Assembly (NCBI GenBank): GCA_963749495.1
Contig: CAVVMW010000008.1
Coordinates: 298,830-362,829, forward strand
Origin: an uncultured bacterium
GTDB lineage: Bacteria; Verrucomicrobiota; Verrucomicrobiia; Limisphaerales; UBA8199
Reading direction: 5' to 3'
Length of the DNA stretch: 64,000 bases
Below are positions 1 to 11,104 of this stretch, piece after piece. Each line of letters begins with the position of its first letter. Position 1 is the first letter of the stretch. The position numbers and the translations under genes are program-made. The notes beneath the pieces are model-generated. The model searched no databases. It had not been told where the DNA came from and saw only the letters and a list, made by a program, of their open reading frames with translations.

Positions 1-59
1 ACGAAGATCAGTAACGTGAGGAGTTTCATAGACCAATGGGCAGAGAAAGGCGAGTTCAT
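1..59 (-). CDS. Possible 5' end of a secreted-protein gene running off the left edge (MNSPFSAHWSMKLLTLLIF...)
   Basis: Manual minus-strand translation from ATG at 59 or 29 gives a basic-then-hydrophobic start; partial only. Confidence 0.3.
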   Translation of the reverse strand, partial: MNSPFSAHWSMKLLTLLIF

Positions 60-221
60 ACGCAAGCCAAGTCGATCGGTTGTTTTGCAGGTGCATGCTG
101 TTCCAGCGCAGCCGGCCTGTCAATGCTTGGCAAGTTGTCTGGCCGTGGACCTCGGTCCTTGTCATTACCCACATCGTCGGCCTCCTTCATTGACCCGAAC
201 TTATCGTATCCGTTGCCTTCA

Positions 222-443
222 GGCCAAGGGCCTGGCTCATACCAGCCCAGGGCAAAGCCCTGGGTTTGCGTGCCGTTTAATTCTGTCGCAGGCCAACGGC
301 CTGCCTCATAGGGATCCGTGGCTGCGGGCGCCGCAAGCCGACATCGCCGGGCTGCTGCAGCAATCCCTGAGCACAATGAGTCGCGCTTTCAGCGCTCCAG
401 AGGATTATTGGCGGCTGTTCCCAGGGCGTTGCCCTGGGCTGGC
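222..443. repeat. REP-like palindrome cluster (AGCCCAGGGC-N3/4-GCCCTGGG hairpins)
   Basis: Hairpins at ~244-264 and ~420-441 are visible in the sequence. Confidence 0.6.
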
Positions 444-471
444 ATGAATGACGCCGTTGGCGTCCCAATTC

Positions 472-527
472 GGCCATGGGTCCGTGGACTGGAAGTCCAC
501 GGCTACCATCCAGCACCGCTACGCGGT
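472..527. repeat. REP-like element GGCCATGGGTCCGTGGACTGGAAGTCCACGGCTACCATC; related copies at 52058-52280
   Basis: Near-identical copy at ~52170-52224; internal hairpin CCGTGGAC...GTCCACGG. Confidence 0.75.
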
Positions 528-767
528 GACGCAGGCTCCCGGCAAGCCCAGTATTGGTCCTCAGGCTCCTTGACCTTCATCTCAATGGCATCCAGGCAGT
601 CGCGGCGTTGAATGTTCGGAGGCTTCCAAGGACGGGCCGTCAGATGAAACGGCAGTTGAGGCAGGCTCTCCGGCGAATCTTGGCCTGCAGCGCAAGCGCA
701 GGCGGCTATGCCCAGGAGAAGCAACGCCCCTGCCCTCATTCCGTGCCTCCTGTTAACCGTATTCATG
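503..767 (-). pseudogene. Truncated secreted-protein gene (signal peptide plus short fragment) ending in a REP element
   Basis: MNTVNRRHGMRAGALLLLGIAACACAA signal-like N-terminus; the frame ends inside the repeat. Confidence 0.35.
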
Positions 768-1132
768 TTTTGAATGGCCAGGCTTGCGCACGCCGCAACA
801 TACTCGGCTGCCCGGGGGGAACAAGCGCGGAATCGCAAGGACGTGGTACCCGAGTTTGCCAGGGAAACAGCCTGAAAGAATCGCTCGTCAAGTTGACACC
901 ACGGCTCGCCATTGGCAAAGTCGCGCCATGCCTGGTGAGACCAAGAACCAATTCCCCCTCACCCGGGCAGCGCTCAGTACATCCGGACGCGCAAAAAGCA
1001 CATTCTTATCAGTGCATCAGCTCTGTATCGTCAGCGATATGGGGAGGGTCCGCCCCAGCGAGCCGGGTCCGTACCTTTGCCTCGGCAGCGGAAGGTGCCT
1101 TTGGACATATCAGTTGGTCCAGGTCCGTGATT

Positions 1133-1334
1133 GTCCCGAAGGGACATCGCGACAATAGCCCGGCGCTTCAGCGCCGGGAAAAGCGGTTGATCCCCTTCCC
1201 GTCCCGAAGGGACGGCTGACTCAGTCCTTCCCTGCAGATCTGAGCCTCAGGCGTCCCTCCGGGACGCAGGCCCCTTTAGGGCGGCGGACCCGGCGCTAAA
1301 GCGCCGGGCTATTCTCGTGCTGTCCCTCCGGGAC
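1133..1334. repeat. Composite palindromic element (GTCCCGAAGGGAC and CCCGGCGC..GCGCCGGG hairpins in inverted arrangement)
   Basis: Four GTCCC-N3-GGGAC hairpins and inverted AATAGCCCGGCGCT / AGCGCCGGGCTATT. Confidence 0.7.
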
Positions 1335-1569
1335 ACACCTTGGGCGGGCCGGTCGCTGGATCTTAAGCTAATGAATGACTTCGCCCAGCTTTCCCGGCCA
1401 AAGCCGGCGAATCAATAACCCACGTTTTCAACTGGACAGGATCGGGAAGGTGCATCATTTACAATGGCAAGACTATGCTGGGTCATTCGCTTCAAGACAT
1501 CGTCCAGACTGCCGGCCTCGATTCGAGCTCGGTCCGGACGGCCTTTGATTGGCTGCCGCCGGCCGTGGT

Positions 1570-2787
1570 ATGCCGGTCTTGAGCTCGAGAGTTCGGGCGG
1601 TCGAGTACGGCGAATTGGCCGGCGTGTTCTTTCTCCAGTCGGTGGCAGCAGGAAGCTGGCTGGTGCCGCTGACAAGCGTGCTCGCAGCTCACGGTCTGGC
1701 CGCGCTCCGCTCCTATGCGTATGCGACGACCGCCGTGGCGGCGTTCGTCTCTCCGCTCCTGTTCGGCGCGATGGCGGACCGGCACGCCTCGCCGGTGCGG
1801 GTGCTGCGCTGGCTGGCCACCGGGAGCGCCGTGACCGCGAGCCTGGCCAGTTGGGCGGTCGAGCGGAGATGGCCGGCTGTGGCAGTGCTTTTGGTCATCC
1901 AGGTGCAGGCGCTCTTCTACTCACCGACGGGAAGTATCGCCAGCACCATCGCCTTCTCGCGCTTGCGAAACTCCCAACGCGAGTTCGGCCCGGTGCGCGC
2001 CGCCGCCACGGTCGGGTGGATGGTCGGTTGCTGGGTAGTGAGCGCTTTGAGCGCGGACAGCTCAACGGCGGCCGGTTACGTCACGGCGGTCGTCTGGGCC
2101 GGCCTGGCCGCGTTCACGTGGTTGCTGCCGAACGTGCCGCCGCCTGCCTCCACCGGGCGCCGTACGCTCCGTGAGCTGCTGGGGTGGGATGCGCTCGGCC
2201 TGTTGAGGAACCCCGACCACCGCGTGGTGTTCATCACCGCCGCACTTTTCAGCATCCCGCTGGCCGCCTTTTTTCCTTTCACGCCGTCCCACCTGCAAGC
2301 TCTCGGGTTTCGGCACACTGCGTTCTGGATGTCCCTGGGGCAGGTGACGGAGGTGATGTCCCTGTTCGCTTTGGGTGTGTTGCTGGATCGCTGGCGGCTC
2401 AAGTGGGTTTTCGCAGCGGGGCTGGCATTCGGTGTGTTGCGTTTCCTGTTCTGCGCGATGAACGGGCCCGGTTGGCTGCTGGCGGGGGTGCTCCTGCACG
2501 GCGCCTCGTTCGCCTTGTTCTTCATTACCGCCCAAATCTACCTCAACGAACGGGTGGAGGAATCCTGGCGCGCGCGGGCGCAAGGCCTGATGTGGCTCAT
2601 GAACTACGGCGTCGGGAACCTCGCGGGTTACCTGGGCACCGGGAGTTGGTTCGCCGCCTGCGCGCGAGGCGGCGGCATCGAATGGTCTCTCTTCTGGGCC
2701 GGCTTGGCCCTCACCTGCGGAGTGGTCCTGGCCTATTTCCTAGCCGCCTATCGCGGCAAACGCCGCGGTCCGCGCGAAACCACTTGA
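1570..2787 (+). CDS. MFS transporter, nucleoside:H+ symporter (NupG/XapB-like) family
   Basis: About 12 hydrophobic segments; GAMADRH, REFGPVR..TVGW, SLGQVTE and LHGASF motifs. Confidence 0.85.
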   Translation: MPVLSSRVRAVEYGELAGVFFLQSVAAGSWLVPLTSVLAAHGLAALRSYAYATTAVAAFVSPLLFGAMADRHASPVRVLRWLATGSAVTASLASWAVERRWPAVAVLLVIQVQALFYSPTGSIASTIAFSRLRNSQREFGPVRAAATVGWMVGCWVVSALSADSSTAAGYVTAVVWAGLAAFTWLLPNVPPPASTGRRTLRELLGWDALGLLRNPDHRVVFITAALFSIPLAAFFPFTPSHLQALGFRHTAFWMSLGQVTEVMSLFALGVLLDRWRLKWVFAAGLAFGVLRFLFCAMNGPGWLLAGVLLHGASFALFFITAQIYLNERVEESWRARAQGLMWLMNYGVGNLAGYLGTGSWFAACARGGGIEWSLFWAGLALTCGVVLAYFLAAYRGKRRGPRETT

Positions 2788-3010
2788 CGCCCGCCTCGCC
2801 GGCCAGGCGCGCCACGTTCTCCATTTCGGCATCTCCAAGGCGGCCCACATAAACGCCCATGCCGAACGGTGAGTCGGGCCGGAGCGTGAAATCGGACTCG
2901 ACTTTCAGCGGCGCCAGCCAATAGGCCTGCACCGGGGCAACCTTTTGGCCCGGGGCCTCGAATGCGAATTCGGCTTCGGCAAAGCGGCAGCCCGTCGGGA
3001 GCGGCAATGA
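2785..3010 (-). pseudogene. Internal fragment of an unidentified gene (…SPFGMGVYVGRLGDAEMENVARLAGEAGVK)
   Basis: Protein-like sequence with coding-type codon usage but no plausible start; abuts the MFS stop. Confidence 0.3.
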
Positions 3011-3199
3011 TGAACCGCGTGCCGGGGTGGAGTTGAGGGCCGAAGGCCCGCGAGGTGAGAGCCTGGGCTGGAGCGAAGCGGAGGCCCAGGTAACCGAGCG
3101 CCCCTCGGAAACAGGGCCAGCCTGTAGGGCCGAGACCTACCCGCACCGAAGCCTGCGCCAGGTCGCGCCCTTTCAGGGCACGGACGTTTTCGCGCCGCC

Positions 3200-3643
3200 T
3201 TACCTGAGTTTGTTGACCGGTTGGTCGGGGTGGGCCGGGTTCGGGACGACCGTGCGCCGGCCGCAGTCCACTAGCAGGTCCATCCGTTCCAGCACGGTCT
3301 GGCCGACCAGCACCTCGTCACCCAGGACGAAAGCGTCTTCCTCGGCGTCCCGTGCCAGGATTTCGAAAATAACACCGCTGACGACCGGGACCTCCTCCTT
3401 GCGCCCGTCCCCGTATTCAACGACTTGCTGGCGCCGGGCCTTCAGGCCCAGGCGGCGCACCACGCTGGGCGGCAGCACGCACCGCACTGCGCCGGTATCT
3501 ACGGTGCCCTGGACCGTGACCATCCTCACCCGGTCGGGCTTGAGCTTGCCTTCTTCGGCCTTCTCCCAATCGAACAGGTTCGTCAGCTTCACTTCGACTC
3601 GCGCTTCACCCATAAATTCATTTACCTTCGGTTTGGCTTTCAT
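3200..3643 (-). CDS. Clan AA (retropepsin-like) aspartic protease
   Basis: VDTGA catalytic motif and LVGQTVLERMDL; true start near 3613-3652, the upstream part of the 421-aa ORF is spurious. Confidence 0.85.
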   Translation of the reverse strand: MKAKPKVNEFMGEARVEVKLTNLFDWEKAEEGKLKPDRVRMVTVQGTVDTGAVRCVLPPSVVRRLGLKARRQQVVEYGDGRKEEVPVVSGVIFEILARDAEEDAFVLGDEVLVGQTVLERMDLLVDCGRRTVVPNPAHPDQPVNKLR

Positions 3644-4032
3644 ATCACTCATAGCGTCCGCCGCAAAGAGGAAAATGTCTAACTCTGGCCGCAAGAACGC
3701 GCAAAGATCGCAATAAGACGGTGCTTCTTTTCGGCCTGCGTCTTCAGCGGGGCCCCGAAGGGCGCTCTTTGCCCAGTGCGCCAATGCTCGACAATGGCCG
3801 CTAACATCAGGGCGACCGCCTCGCCCGCCGTCCTTCACCGTGTCCCTCACGCCCTTCCAAAGCTTGCGGCCGGGGATAGTGTCGTGGTGATAGACCCAGA
3901 GATGTTTCTCGATCTCCAGCCTGAGGATCGTGCTCTCGTTGGCGATGACGAACCCGAAGTTCCCGTGGTCCAGTGCGAACCGCCAGGTCCAATCGGTCGA
4001 GTCAACCGTGGCCTCTTTGCGCGCCCTGCACA

Positions 4033-4133
4033 CGCCTTCAAGCGCCTGCACAGGGCCGAGGCGTCCACGGGCGAGGCGCGAGCGCCGTTGGCGAGAGTCC
4101 GCTCCGCCCGCCGGCGCTCCGCACGGCAGCCCA
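4033..4133. repeat. ~100-bp direct repeat, copy 1
   Basis: Matches 4936-5036 with a few substitutions. Confidence 0.85.
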
Positions 4134-4753
4134 CCGACACCGGCTGAGCCACGACAGACTCGGCCCTCATAGTCCCCAGTTTCCAGGCGTCCACGCTGCC
4201 GGCAGAGGCCGTCTCGCGCCGTCTCGGAAGGACTTTTGCGATTTTTGGCCACTCCGCAGGCTCGCCGAGGGGACACGATCGTCGCCACAATCGCCGCCAG
4301 CGCATAAGCCAATTGCTCTCGTGCCGGGTCCTGGGCCAAGGCCTGACCAACGCCCGCCAGAATGAGGACAAGGAATTCGAAGCCCCGCCATCGGTGGGCC
4401 AAGCGGATCTGCTGCGCGCACCTGCACATGGCCGGAGTGTTCTGCAACCAAGGCGCCACCGTCAACCATCAACTCGCCTCCCAAATCCCCGGCTAAGAAT
4501 TCTTATGAAACCGCGGAATACGCGGAATACGCGGAAAAACAACAGGCCTTCGGCGTATTCCGCGTGTTCCGCGGTTCTCCATCTTCGCTCGATTGGCACG
4601 ACATTTGCCGTGGCTTGGCACTCCTGATCTTATTCTCACTGAACGGTCGTTAGGCGAGGATTTGGGTGCTTCCGGCAGGTTCGAATTCGGAGCGGCATTG
4701 CACCAGCGCCGGGGCGCATCGTGACTGTACCACCATGCCCGAACGCCTAAGGG

Positions 4754-4916
4754 TTGGAGCGCGGACTTCAGTCTGCTTATGGCGTCCGACGGCCGGGCTG
4801 GCGCGGGTCTTTTCCGAGGCCGATCCTCTTTCCGCTTCCTTGAACTTTGCACACGTCAACCAGATCAAGCGCGTGGTGGTCTTTGGGCGCTCTAAGCGGA
4901 CTAAAGTCCGCGCTCC
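4754..4916. repeat. REP-like inverted pair GGAGCGCGGACTTCAGTCTGCTT / AAGCGGACTAAAGTCCGCGCTCC
   Basis: Imperfect inverted repeat seen directly. Confidence 0.65.
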
Positions 4917-4935
4917 CGGTGGTAGTGCCTGGTCC

Positions 4936-5036
4936 CGCCTTCAAGTGTCTGCACAGCGCCGAGGTGTCCACGGGCGAGGCGCGAGCGCCGTTGGCGAGAG
5001 TCCGCTCCGCGCGCCGGCGCTCCGCACCGCAGCCCA
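4936..5036. repeat. ~100-bp direct repeat, copy 2
   Basis: Matches 4033-4133. Confidence 0.85.
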
Positions 5037-5672
5037 GCCGCAACGGCCGCTATCAGACAGCCCGGACCACGCTATGGCCTGACCCCGGCTCCGCCTCAGG
5101 GCTTATTCACCTGAGCTCCATCGCCGTGATCCCGACAAGGTGGACGGCGGGCGCAATCAGGGTACGCCGGGCGGAGCGCAAGAGGGCTTTACGTGGCCCC
5201 GACCTACGGCACGGACATTATCGCCTTCTTCGGCTACATCGTGGTCGATAAAGGCCGCGAAGCGTCAAGATCTGCCGGCCAGACCTGGCCCAGCGGGCAC
5301 CTTCGCCAACGAGCCGATGCAGGGTTGCCAGGCAGATGGACCAACCCCGACGAGTCGCCGCCCGGCTCCTGCTCAAGCCGCGCCGCAAGTACCAAGATGC
5401 TGTGGACGCGTTCGAGCCTTTTCGAAGCGCAGTCTTCGAGAGCGCCGAGATTCCTTTTTGAAGTCGCGCTCATCAGGGGCCATCCACAGCGGTAGCAACA
5501 ATTCGGTCGCTTTCTGTGGCTCAAAATCGCGGCTTTGTTCGCTGGCATCATCGCCGCTGGCATTGTCGCCGGCAGTTTTATCTGTCCGTTTTCTCATGCG
5601 CCCACACTGAAGGACAGGAGGCCAGCCCGCACCTATATGGGACAAACGCGAAAAGGATTTGTCGGGCGAATG

Positions 5673-6311
5673 CTACGGAGATTTTGGAGAAGGGCCGGAC
5701 AGGTGCTTGGCAATAAGCCCGAGGTTGCGGTAGCGATATTTTTCAACTTGCTCCGGCGTGAATGAAGTTTTGAGAATAACGCTGAGTTTTCTGGCAACTT
5801 CCGCGTCGGATAGATAGCACCACCCAAGCTCGTAATTGAAGGCAATCATATAAATCGCCAAGTCGGTGATCTTCCTTTTTCCACCCCGAGCGAACTTTTT
5901 CGCTGCTTTGGTCAATGCCTCAGCGAGTTTCAAGTCGCCACGGATGGTATCGGCCTTGGGGTCGTAACCCTGTTCCACTAAATCCAAGAGGTAGGCATCT
6001 TGACACTCCTGGTTGGGAATGTTGGCTTTGGGGTTGGCCTTTTGTCTTTCAAAGACCTCGAAACTGTGCGGCCACTGGCGTTTCAGCGCCGCCCATTTTG
6101 CTGCCGGCAAATCGTCCTTCAACTCGAAGGGCGTGAGCGGTTTGCAGCGTGGCGGCGGCGGTGGGGTACTGGTCTTTGTGCTTATGTCATAATGCCTCTG
6201 CCTTTCGCGCTCGTATTCTAGCAGCCATTGTTTGGCGGTGCGGGTGGCTTCCCCCTCATCTGGGGCATCATGACGGCGCAGCACGGTGACTTCCCCAGTG
6301 GCCTTATTCAA
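5673..6311 (-). CDS. Hypothetical protein, possible C-terminal HTH
   Basis: 212-aa ORF in a lower-GC stretch, overlapping the upstream stop; SDAEVARKLS..FTPEQVEKY is HTH-like. Confidence 0.55.
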   Translation of the reverse strand: MNKATGEVTVLRRHDAPDEGEATRTAKQWLLEYERERQRHYDISTKTSTPPPPPRCKPLTPFELKDDLPAAKWAALKRQWPHSFEVFERQKANPKANIPNQECQDAYLLDLVEQGYDPKADTIRGDLKLAEALTKAAKKFARGGKRKITDLAIYMIAFNYELGWCYLSDAEVARKLSVILKTSFTPEQVEKYRYRNLGLIAKHLSGPSPKSP

Positions 6312-6723
6312 TTTCCCGCTCCCATGCCCACCATTGCTTTCGACCGTTCTTCCCCAAGCGGCTGCAAACTGAATTTTCAGTGATCACGCAGCGAAAACTC
6401 TTGATTTTACCGACATGGCCAAAGCCTGCGGCTTGAACGACAACTATGGGTTCCTTTTCTCGTTCGGAAAGCAACTCCATGCTTTCTCTCGCTTCCGCTT
6501 CGGTCTGGCAAAGAACACCCTGCCCGCACTGATGCAATACCAGTTCGGGCGTCAGCTTCACCGGCAGGACGAGGAATAAAAAATCATGCCCGATTTGTCG
6601 GATGGGTTCAGATAAGGCGACCCACATATAACGCGGAGAAGCGTCCTGGAGAAGCTCCTGCCTGGCTGAGTCCGGCAAATTGCTTGGGACAATTTTAAAC
6701 TGCCCTTGGAATAAAGTTTTCAT
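6304..6723 (-). CDS. Hypothetical protein translationally coupled to hsdR
   Basis: ATGA overlap with the hsdR stop at 6720-6723; lower GC. Confidence 0.5.
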   Translation of the reverse strand: MKTLFQGQFKIVPSNLPDSARQELLQDASPRYMWVALSEPIRQIGHDFLFLVLPVKLTPELVLHQCGQGVLCQTEAEARESMELLSEREKEPIVVVQAAGFGHVGKIKSFRCVITENSVCSRLGKNGRKQWWAWEREIE

Positions 6724-9700
6724 TGGAGCCTGCGCTCCTTTGACCGCCGATACCGGTCGAACAGCCAGCCCACAAAATCTTCGGCAAACTCGGGGTTGTC
6801 GGTGACCTGCTTGTAGAACTTGAAATTGGAGTCGATCATCTCCTGGAGCCGGTCATTGACCACCTGGTTGAACGTGAGCCGGACGTCCTCCGGTGGGTTC
6901 ACCCGGATGCTGGCTTCCAGCGCAGGGTCGCCGGCGATGCGCTGCTCCAGTTGGCGGATAAACACCTTGTCCTCCTCGGTGAAGTCCGTACCAAATCGCT
7001 CGTTCAGTTCCTTGATGATTTGGGACAGCGGCTCCATCTCTTCCGGCGTGATGCCGCCGTCCTTTGGACCAATCGGCTCCAACTCCTGGGTGCCCTTCGC
7101 CAGTTTGATTTTGCCGGTGCCCGTTTTCCTCAGCCGGAAGGCATCCAGGTCGATGTTCTGCTGCACCTCAACGGGCAGCGGGTCACGGTTCACCGGCAGC
7201 AGCCGCCAGAGCAATTTGGCGAACACGTACAATTTCTCCAGGTCGGGGTCGGTGAACGCGATGATCTGGGAAAGAAAGGCGTACAGGCGCACGTAATCGA
7301 TGACGCAACCACGGAAGTCGGATTGCGTGTCCACCGGCACGTCTTTGTAACGGTCAACGACCGGGGCCAGGGCTGCCGCGAGCTTGTCCTGGGTGCCTTT
7401 GGGGTCGAAGTAGATGGCGGCGAACTTCTCGACCTCAGCCTCCGTAAACAGGTGAAAGCCGTCGAGCTTGCTCTGGAGGTCGTAAAGCAGGTTCGGGTCC
7501 GTGGCCTCCTTCAACAGGGTGCGCTCGTAGTACGGCTGAAACGCCTTCTGGATTTCGTCCGGCTCGTTGGCAAAATCGAGCACCAGCGCCTGCTCCTTTT
7601 CCGGGTGAATCCGGTTGAGCCGGGAGAGCGTCTGCACGGCGTTAACGCCGCCGAGTTTCTTGTCCACGTACATGGTGTGGAGCAGCGGCTGATCGAAGCC
7701 GGTCTGGAATTTGTTCGCCACGACCAGCAGCCGAAACTCGTTCTGCTTGAACGTCTCCGCCGTGGCCGTCTCGGGAATCGATTGACCGGTGGAGGCCGTG
7801 TTCATGCCGCTCTCGGTGAAATCCACGCCGCCGTCCTTCACCGTGCCGGAGAAGGCGACCAGCGCCTTGAAGGCATAGCCCTTTTGCTTGAGGTAATCGT
7901 CCACCGCCAGCTTGAACCGGACGGCGTGAAGGCGTGACCTCGTGACAATCATGGCCTTGGCCTGGCCGGCAATCCGCTGCATCACGTTGTTGCGGAAGTG
8001 CTCGACCATGATGGCGACTTTCTTGTCGATCGTGTGCTTGCTCAGCCCGACGAATGACTTCAGCAGGTACGTCGCCTTCTCCCGGTCGTAGCGCGGGTCG
8101 TCCTTGATCTTCTTCAGCAGCGCCCAATAGCTCTGGTACGTGGTGTAGTTCTCCAGGACATCCAGGATGAACCTCTCCTCGATGGCCTGGCGCATCGAAT
8201 ACAGGCTGAACGGCTCGTACTTCCCGTCCGGGCGCTCCCGCCCGAAGAGCTCCAGCGTCTTGGCCTTCGGCGTGGCCGTGAAGGCGAAATAACTCACATT
8301 CGGCAGCCGCCCCCGCCGCTTCATCTCGGCCACGATCCGGTCTTCGAGGTCTTCCTCCTTGCCGCTGTCCTGTTTTTCCGCCTCGTCCAGGGACTTGGCG
8401 GCGAGTACGTCCTTGAGGCTCTTGGTGCTCTCGCCCGACTGGCTGGAATGGGCCTCGTCAATGATGACGGCGAAGCGCTTGCCCTTGAGCGCCCCCATCT
8501 CGTCGGCGATGACCGGGAACTTCTGGAGCGTGGTGACGATGATGGTCTTGCCGTCCTCCAGCGCCTGCTTTAACTGCCGGGAAGTCGTGTCGATGTTCTC
8601 CACCACGCCCAGGGTCTGCTCGAACTGCCGCACGGTGCGTTGGAGCTGCCGGTCCAGCACACGCCGGTCAGTGATCACAATGATCGAGTCGAACACCCGC
8701 TCATCCTTGATGTCGTGGAGCACGGACAACTGGTGCGCCAGCCAGGCGATGGTGTTGCTCTTGCCGCTGCCGGCGCTGTGCTGGACCAGGTAGGAATGCC
8801 CCACGCCAGCCGCCAGGGCCCCGCGACCAGGCGCCGAACGCAATCCAGTTGATGGTAGCGCGGGAACAGCAATTGCAGCTCGCCGGTCCGGTTCCCTTTG
8901 TCATCTTCCAATTCAACGACGTGGATGAAGTGCTGGAGCAGGTTGAGCACGCTGTCCCGCGCCCAGACCTGCTCCCACAAGTACGCCGTGGAAAAGCCCT
9001 TCCAGGACGGGGGATTGCCGGCCCCCAGGTTATACCCCTGGTTAAAGGGCAGGAAAACCGTCCTGGGGCCGCGCAGGACGGTGGTGACATAGACCAGGGC
9101 AGGATCGACGGCAAAGTGCGCCAGACAGCGCCCAAACGCGAACAGCGGCTCTTTGGGGTCACGGTCCAGCCGGTACTGCCTTATGGCGTCCTGGACGTTC
9201 TGGCCCTTGAATGGGTTCTTCATCTCCGCCGTGAACAGCGGCAGGCCGTTCAGAAATATCACCAGGTCGAGGCTCTTTTCGTTCTTCTCGCTGTATTTCA
9301 ACTGCCGGACACCGGTGAACTGGTTGGCCAGGTAAAGGTTCTGAGCCGAGTCATTGAGGCCGGACGACGGCTTGAAAAACACCAGCCGGAATTTGCAGCC
9401 GTTGGCCTTGATGCCCTTGCGCAGTACATGAAGCGTGCCGTGTTTTTGCACCTCCGAGCCCAGCCGCTTGAGCAGCGCCGGCTTGGCCTCGGCCCCGTGC
9501 TGCGCCTGCATCTTCTGCCACTCCCTGGGCTGCGTGGCGTAGATGAAGCCCAGGACTTCCTCCGGTATCAGGCAGAGCGCCGTGTCGTAATCAGCCGGTT
9601 CGCGGCGGCGGTAGCCGCCCGACAGGTACACGCCAGTCGCACCGTCCGCCAGCGCCGGCATATTCTGCGGGCCGCTCCTCAACGGATCATGCAACAGGCT

Positions 9701-9751
9701 CGCCTCGATGCTCGCCTCGAAATTCTTCTCCGATGTGTCCACGGGTGGCAT
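6720..9751 (-). CDS. hsdR: Type I restriction endonuclease subunit R (one frameshift at ~8820)
   Basis: LDLVIFLNGLPLFTAEMKN nuclease motif, HSAGSGKS Walker A, IDEAHSS, FTATP, TGFDQP, QTLSRLNR; two ORFs joined at a G run. Confidence 0.93.
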
Positions 9752-9772
9752 AGGCTTTTCTGAACAGGCGTT

Positions 9773-11104
9773 CTACACCATTTCACCCCTGACATCAATC
9801 TTGCCGGTGACGGCAGCGGAGACGAGCGCCGTGCGGTACTCCCGCAACCGCTCGATGCCGGTGCGGATTTTGGACATCAGGGCGTCCAGTTTGGCAGTTT
9901 CGCGGTCGAGGAAGTTGGCAATGGCGCGTTGCTCATTCAGCGGCGGTACGGCAACAATCGTGGCCTGCAATTCTTCGGCATTCAAGTGCGGCTGCGCCGC
10001 ACGGAGACAGCAAAAGCCGAACTGCAACTGGCGGACTTCTGGACTCAACAATTGCCATGCAAAGTATAGGCTGAACCCTTCCTTCACGGTGACTACCATG
10101 TCATAGCCGGAGATAGCTTCGTGGTATTGAGGCGGAATGATGGCAGAATCACCGGTATACGCCCCGCTCCGTACGACGATGATTTCACCGGCAGATAGTA
10201 TTGCATCACGGCTCTCAGGAACCTGTGCGGGGTCAACTCGGAGCATGTCGGCTTCGAGGATTTTGCCGCTTTTGATGTTCGTCGCTCGAATCAGCGGTGG
10301 GCCGTCCAGCAGTTCTGGCGGCGGCTGGCCCAAGCCGTAGCGGATTTTAGCGTACCTCTTGAGAAGGCCAACCTGCCAGTGGGCTGGAATCTGGCCGAGC
10401 CACGCTACACGGGAATCCTTGATGGGCGCGGCGGGGTTGAGGCCCTTGGTGACGGCGTGGCTGATCAGCGCCGCCCGCTTCTCTTGCAACAACGCAATCA
10501 GCCGCTCCTTCCTGGCGACCATCGCGTCAATCCTCGCCGTCTCCCGGTCGAGGAACCGTACGATAACGCTTTGCTCGTCGAGAGGCGGTATCGGCAGCAG
10601 CAAATTGGCGTACTTTTCCGCGCTGACGTTTTGAATTGTAGCCTGAATGAAAACGCTCGATAGCCATCCCCAGTAGGTTGCGGACCTAGCGAAATACGCG
10701 AGAAACTCAGGCCGTGCGAAGGCCGGATTGACTCTGCATCGGATTAGGTATCCCGCGTGACACGCTCTGCCCCAAGATTCCCGATACATGAAGGTCTTTC
10801 CCACGGTTGCTCCACTTCGAGCAAGAAGCAGGTCGCCTTGTTTGAGCAGAAACGGTCGCGCCACTTCCTCGGGCAAGGACTTGAACGTGTTGTCGTGCAA
10901 TGTGCCGTCGTCCTTGATGTCGGTTATTCGGATGAAGCGGGGCAGGTTCGGGTCGTTGGTCTCAGCAGATTCGTTCGCTCCATACTTCAGTGGTTCCACG
11001 GCAACGAATTTGAGGCGCTTAGTTTGCCACTGCGCGGGGATTTCTCTCAGCCACTCCGTCCCGGAATCCTCGTATCTGGGATATGGTTGAAGGCGCCCGA
11101 TCAT
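9773..11104 (-). CDS. hsdS: Type I R-M specificity subunit S
   Basis: Two TRDs followed by conserved PPL(D/N)EQ..I..FLDRETA..D repeats; C-terminal ALVSAAVTGKIDVR; start MIGRLQPYPRY. Confidence 0.93.
   Translation of the reverse strand: MIGRLQPYPRYEDSGTEWLREIPAQWQTKRLKFVAVEPLKYGANESAETNDPNLPRFIRITDIKDDGTLHDNTFKSLPEEVARPFLLKQGDLLLARSGATVGKTFMYRESWGRACHAGYLIRCRVNPAFARPEFLAYFARSATYWGWLSSVFIQATIQNVSAEKYANLLLPIPPLDEQSVIVRFLDRETARIDAMVARKERLIALLQEKRAALISHAVTKGLNPAAPIKDSRVAWLGQIPAHWQVGLLKRYAKIRYGLGQPPPELLDGPPLIRATNIKSGKILEADMLRVDPAQVPESRDAILSAGEIIVVRSGAYTGDSAIIPPQYHEAISGYDMVVTVKEGFSLYFAWQLLSPEVRQLQFGFCCLRAAQPHLNAEELQATIVAVPPLNEQRAIANFLDRETAKLDALMSKIRTGIERLREYRTALVSAAVTGKIDVRGEMV

Noticed and set aside
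3653..4465. Long N-terminal extension of the aspartic protease
   Set aside because: Runs through repeats and fragments; the protease domain is complete from ~3613-3652.
4660..4720. tRNA suggested by GGTTCGAATTC
   Set aside because: No cloverleaf or acceptor stem could be formed by eye.
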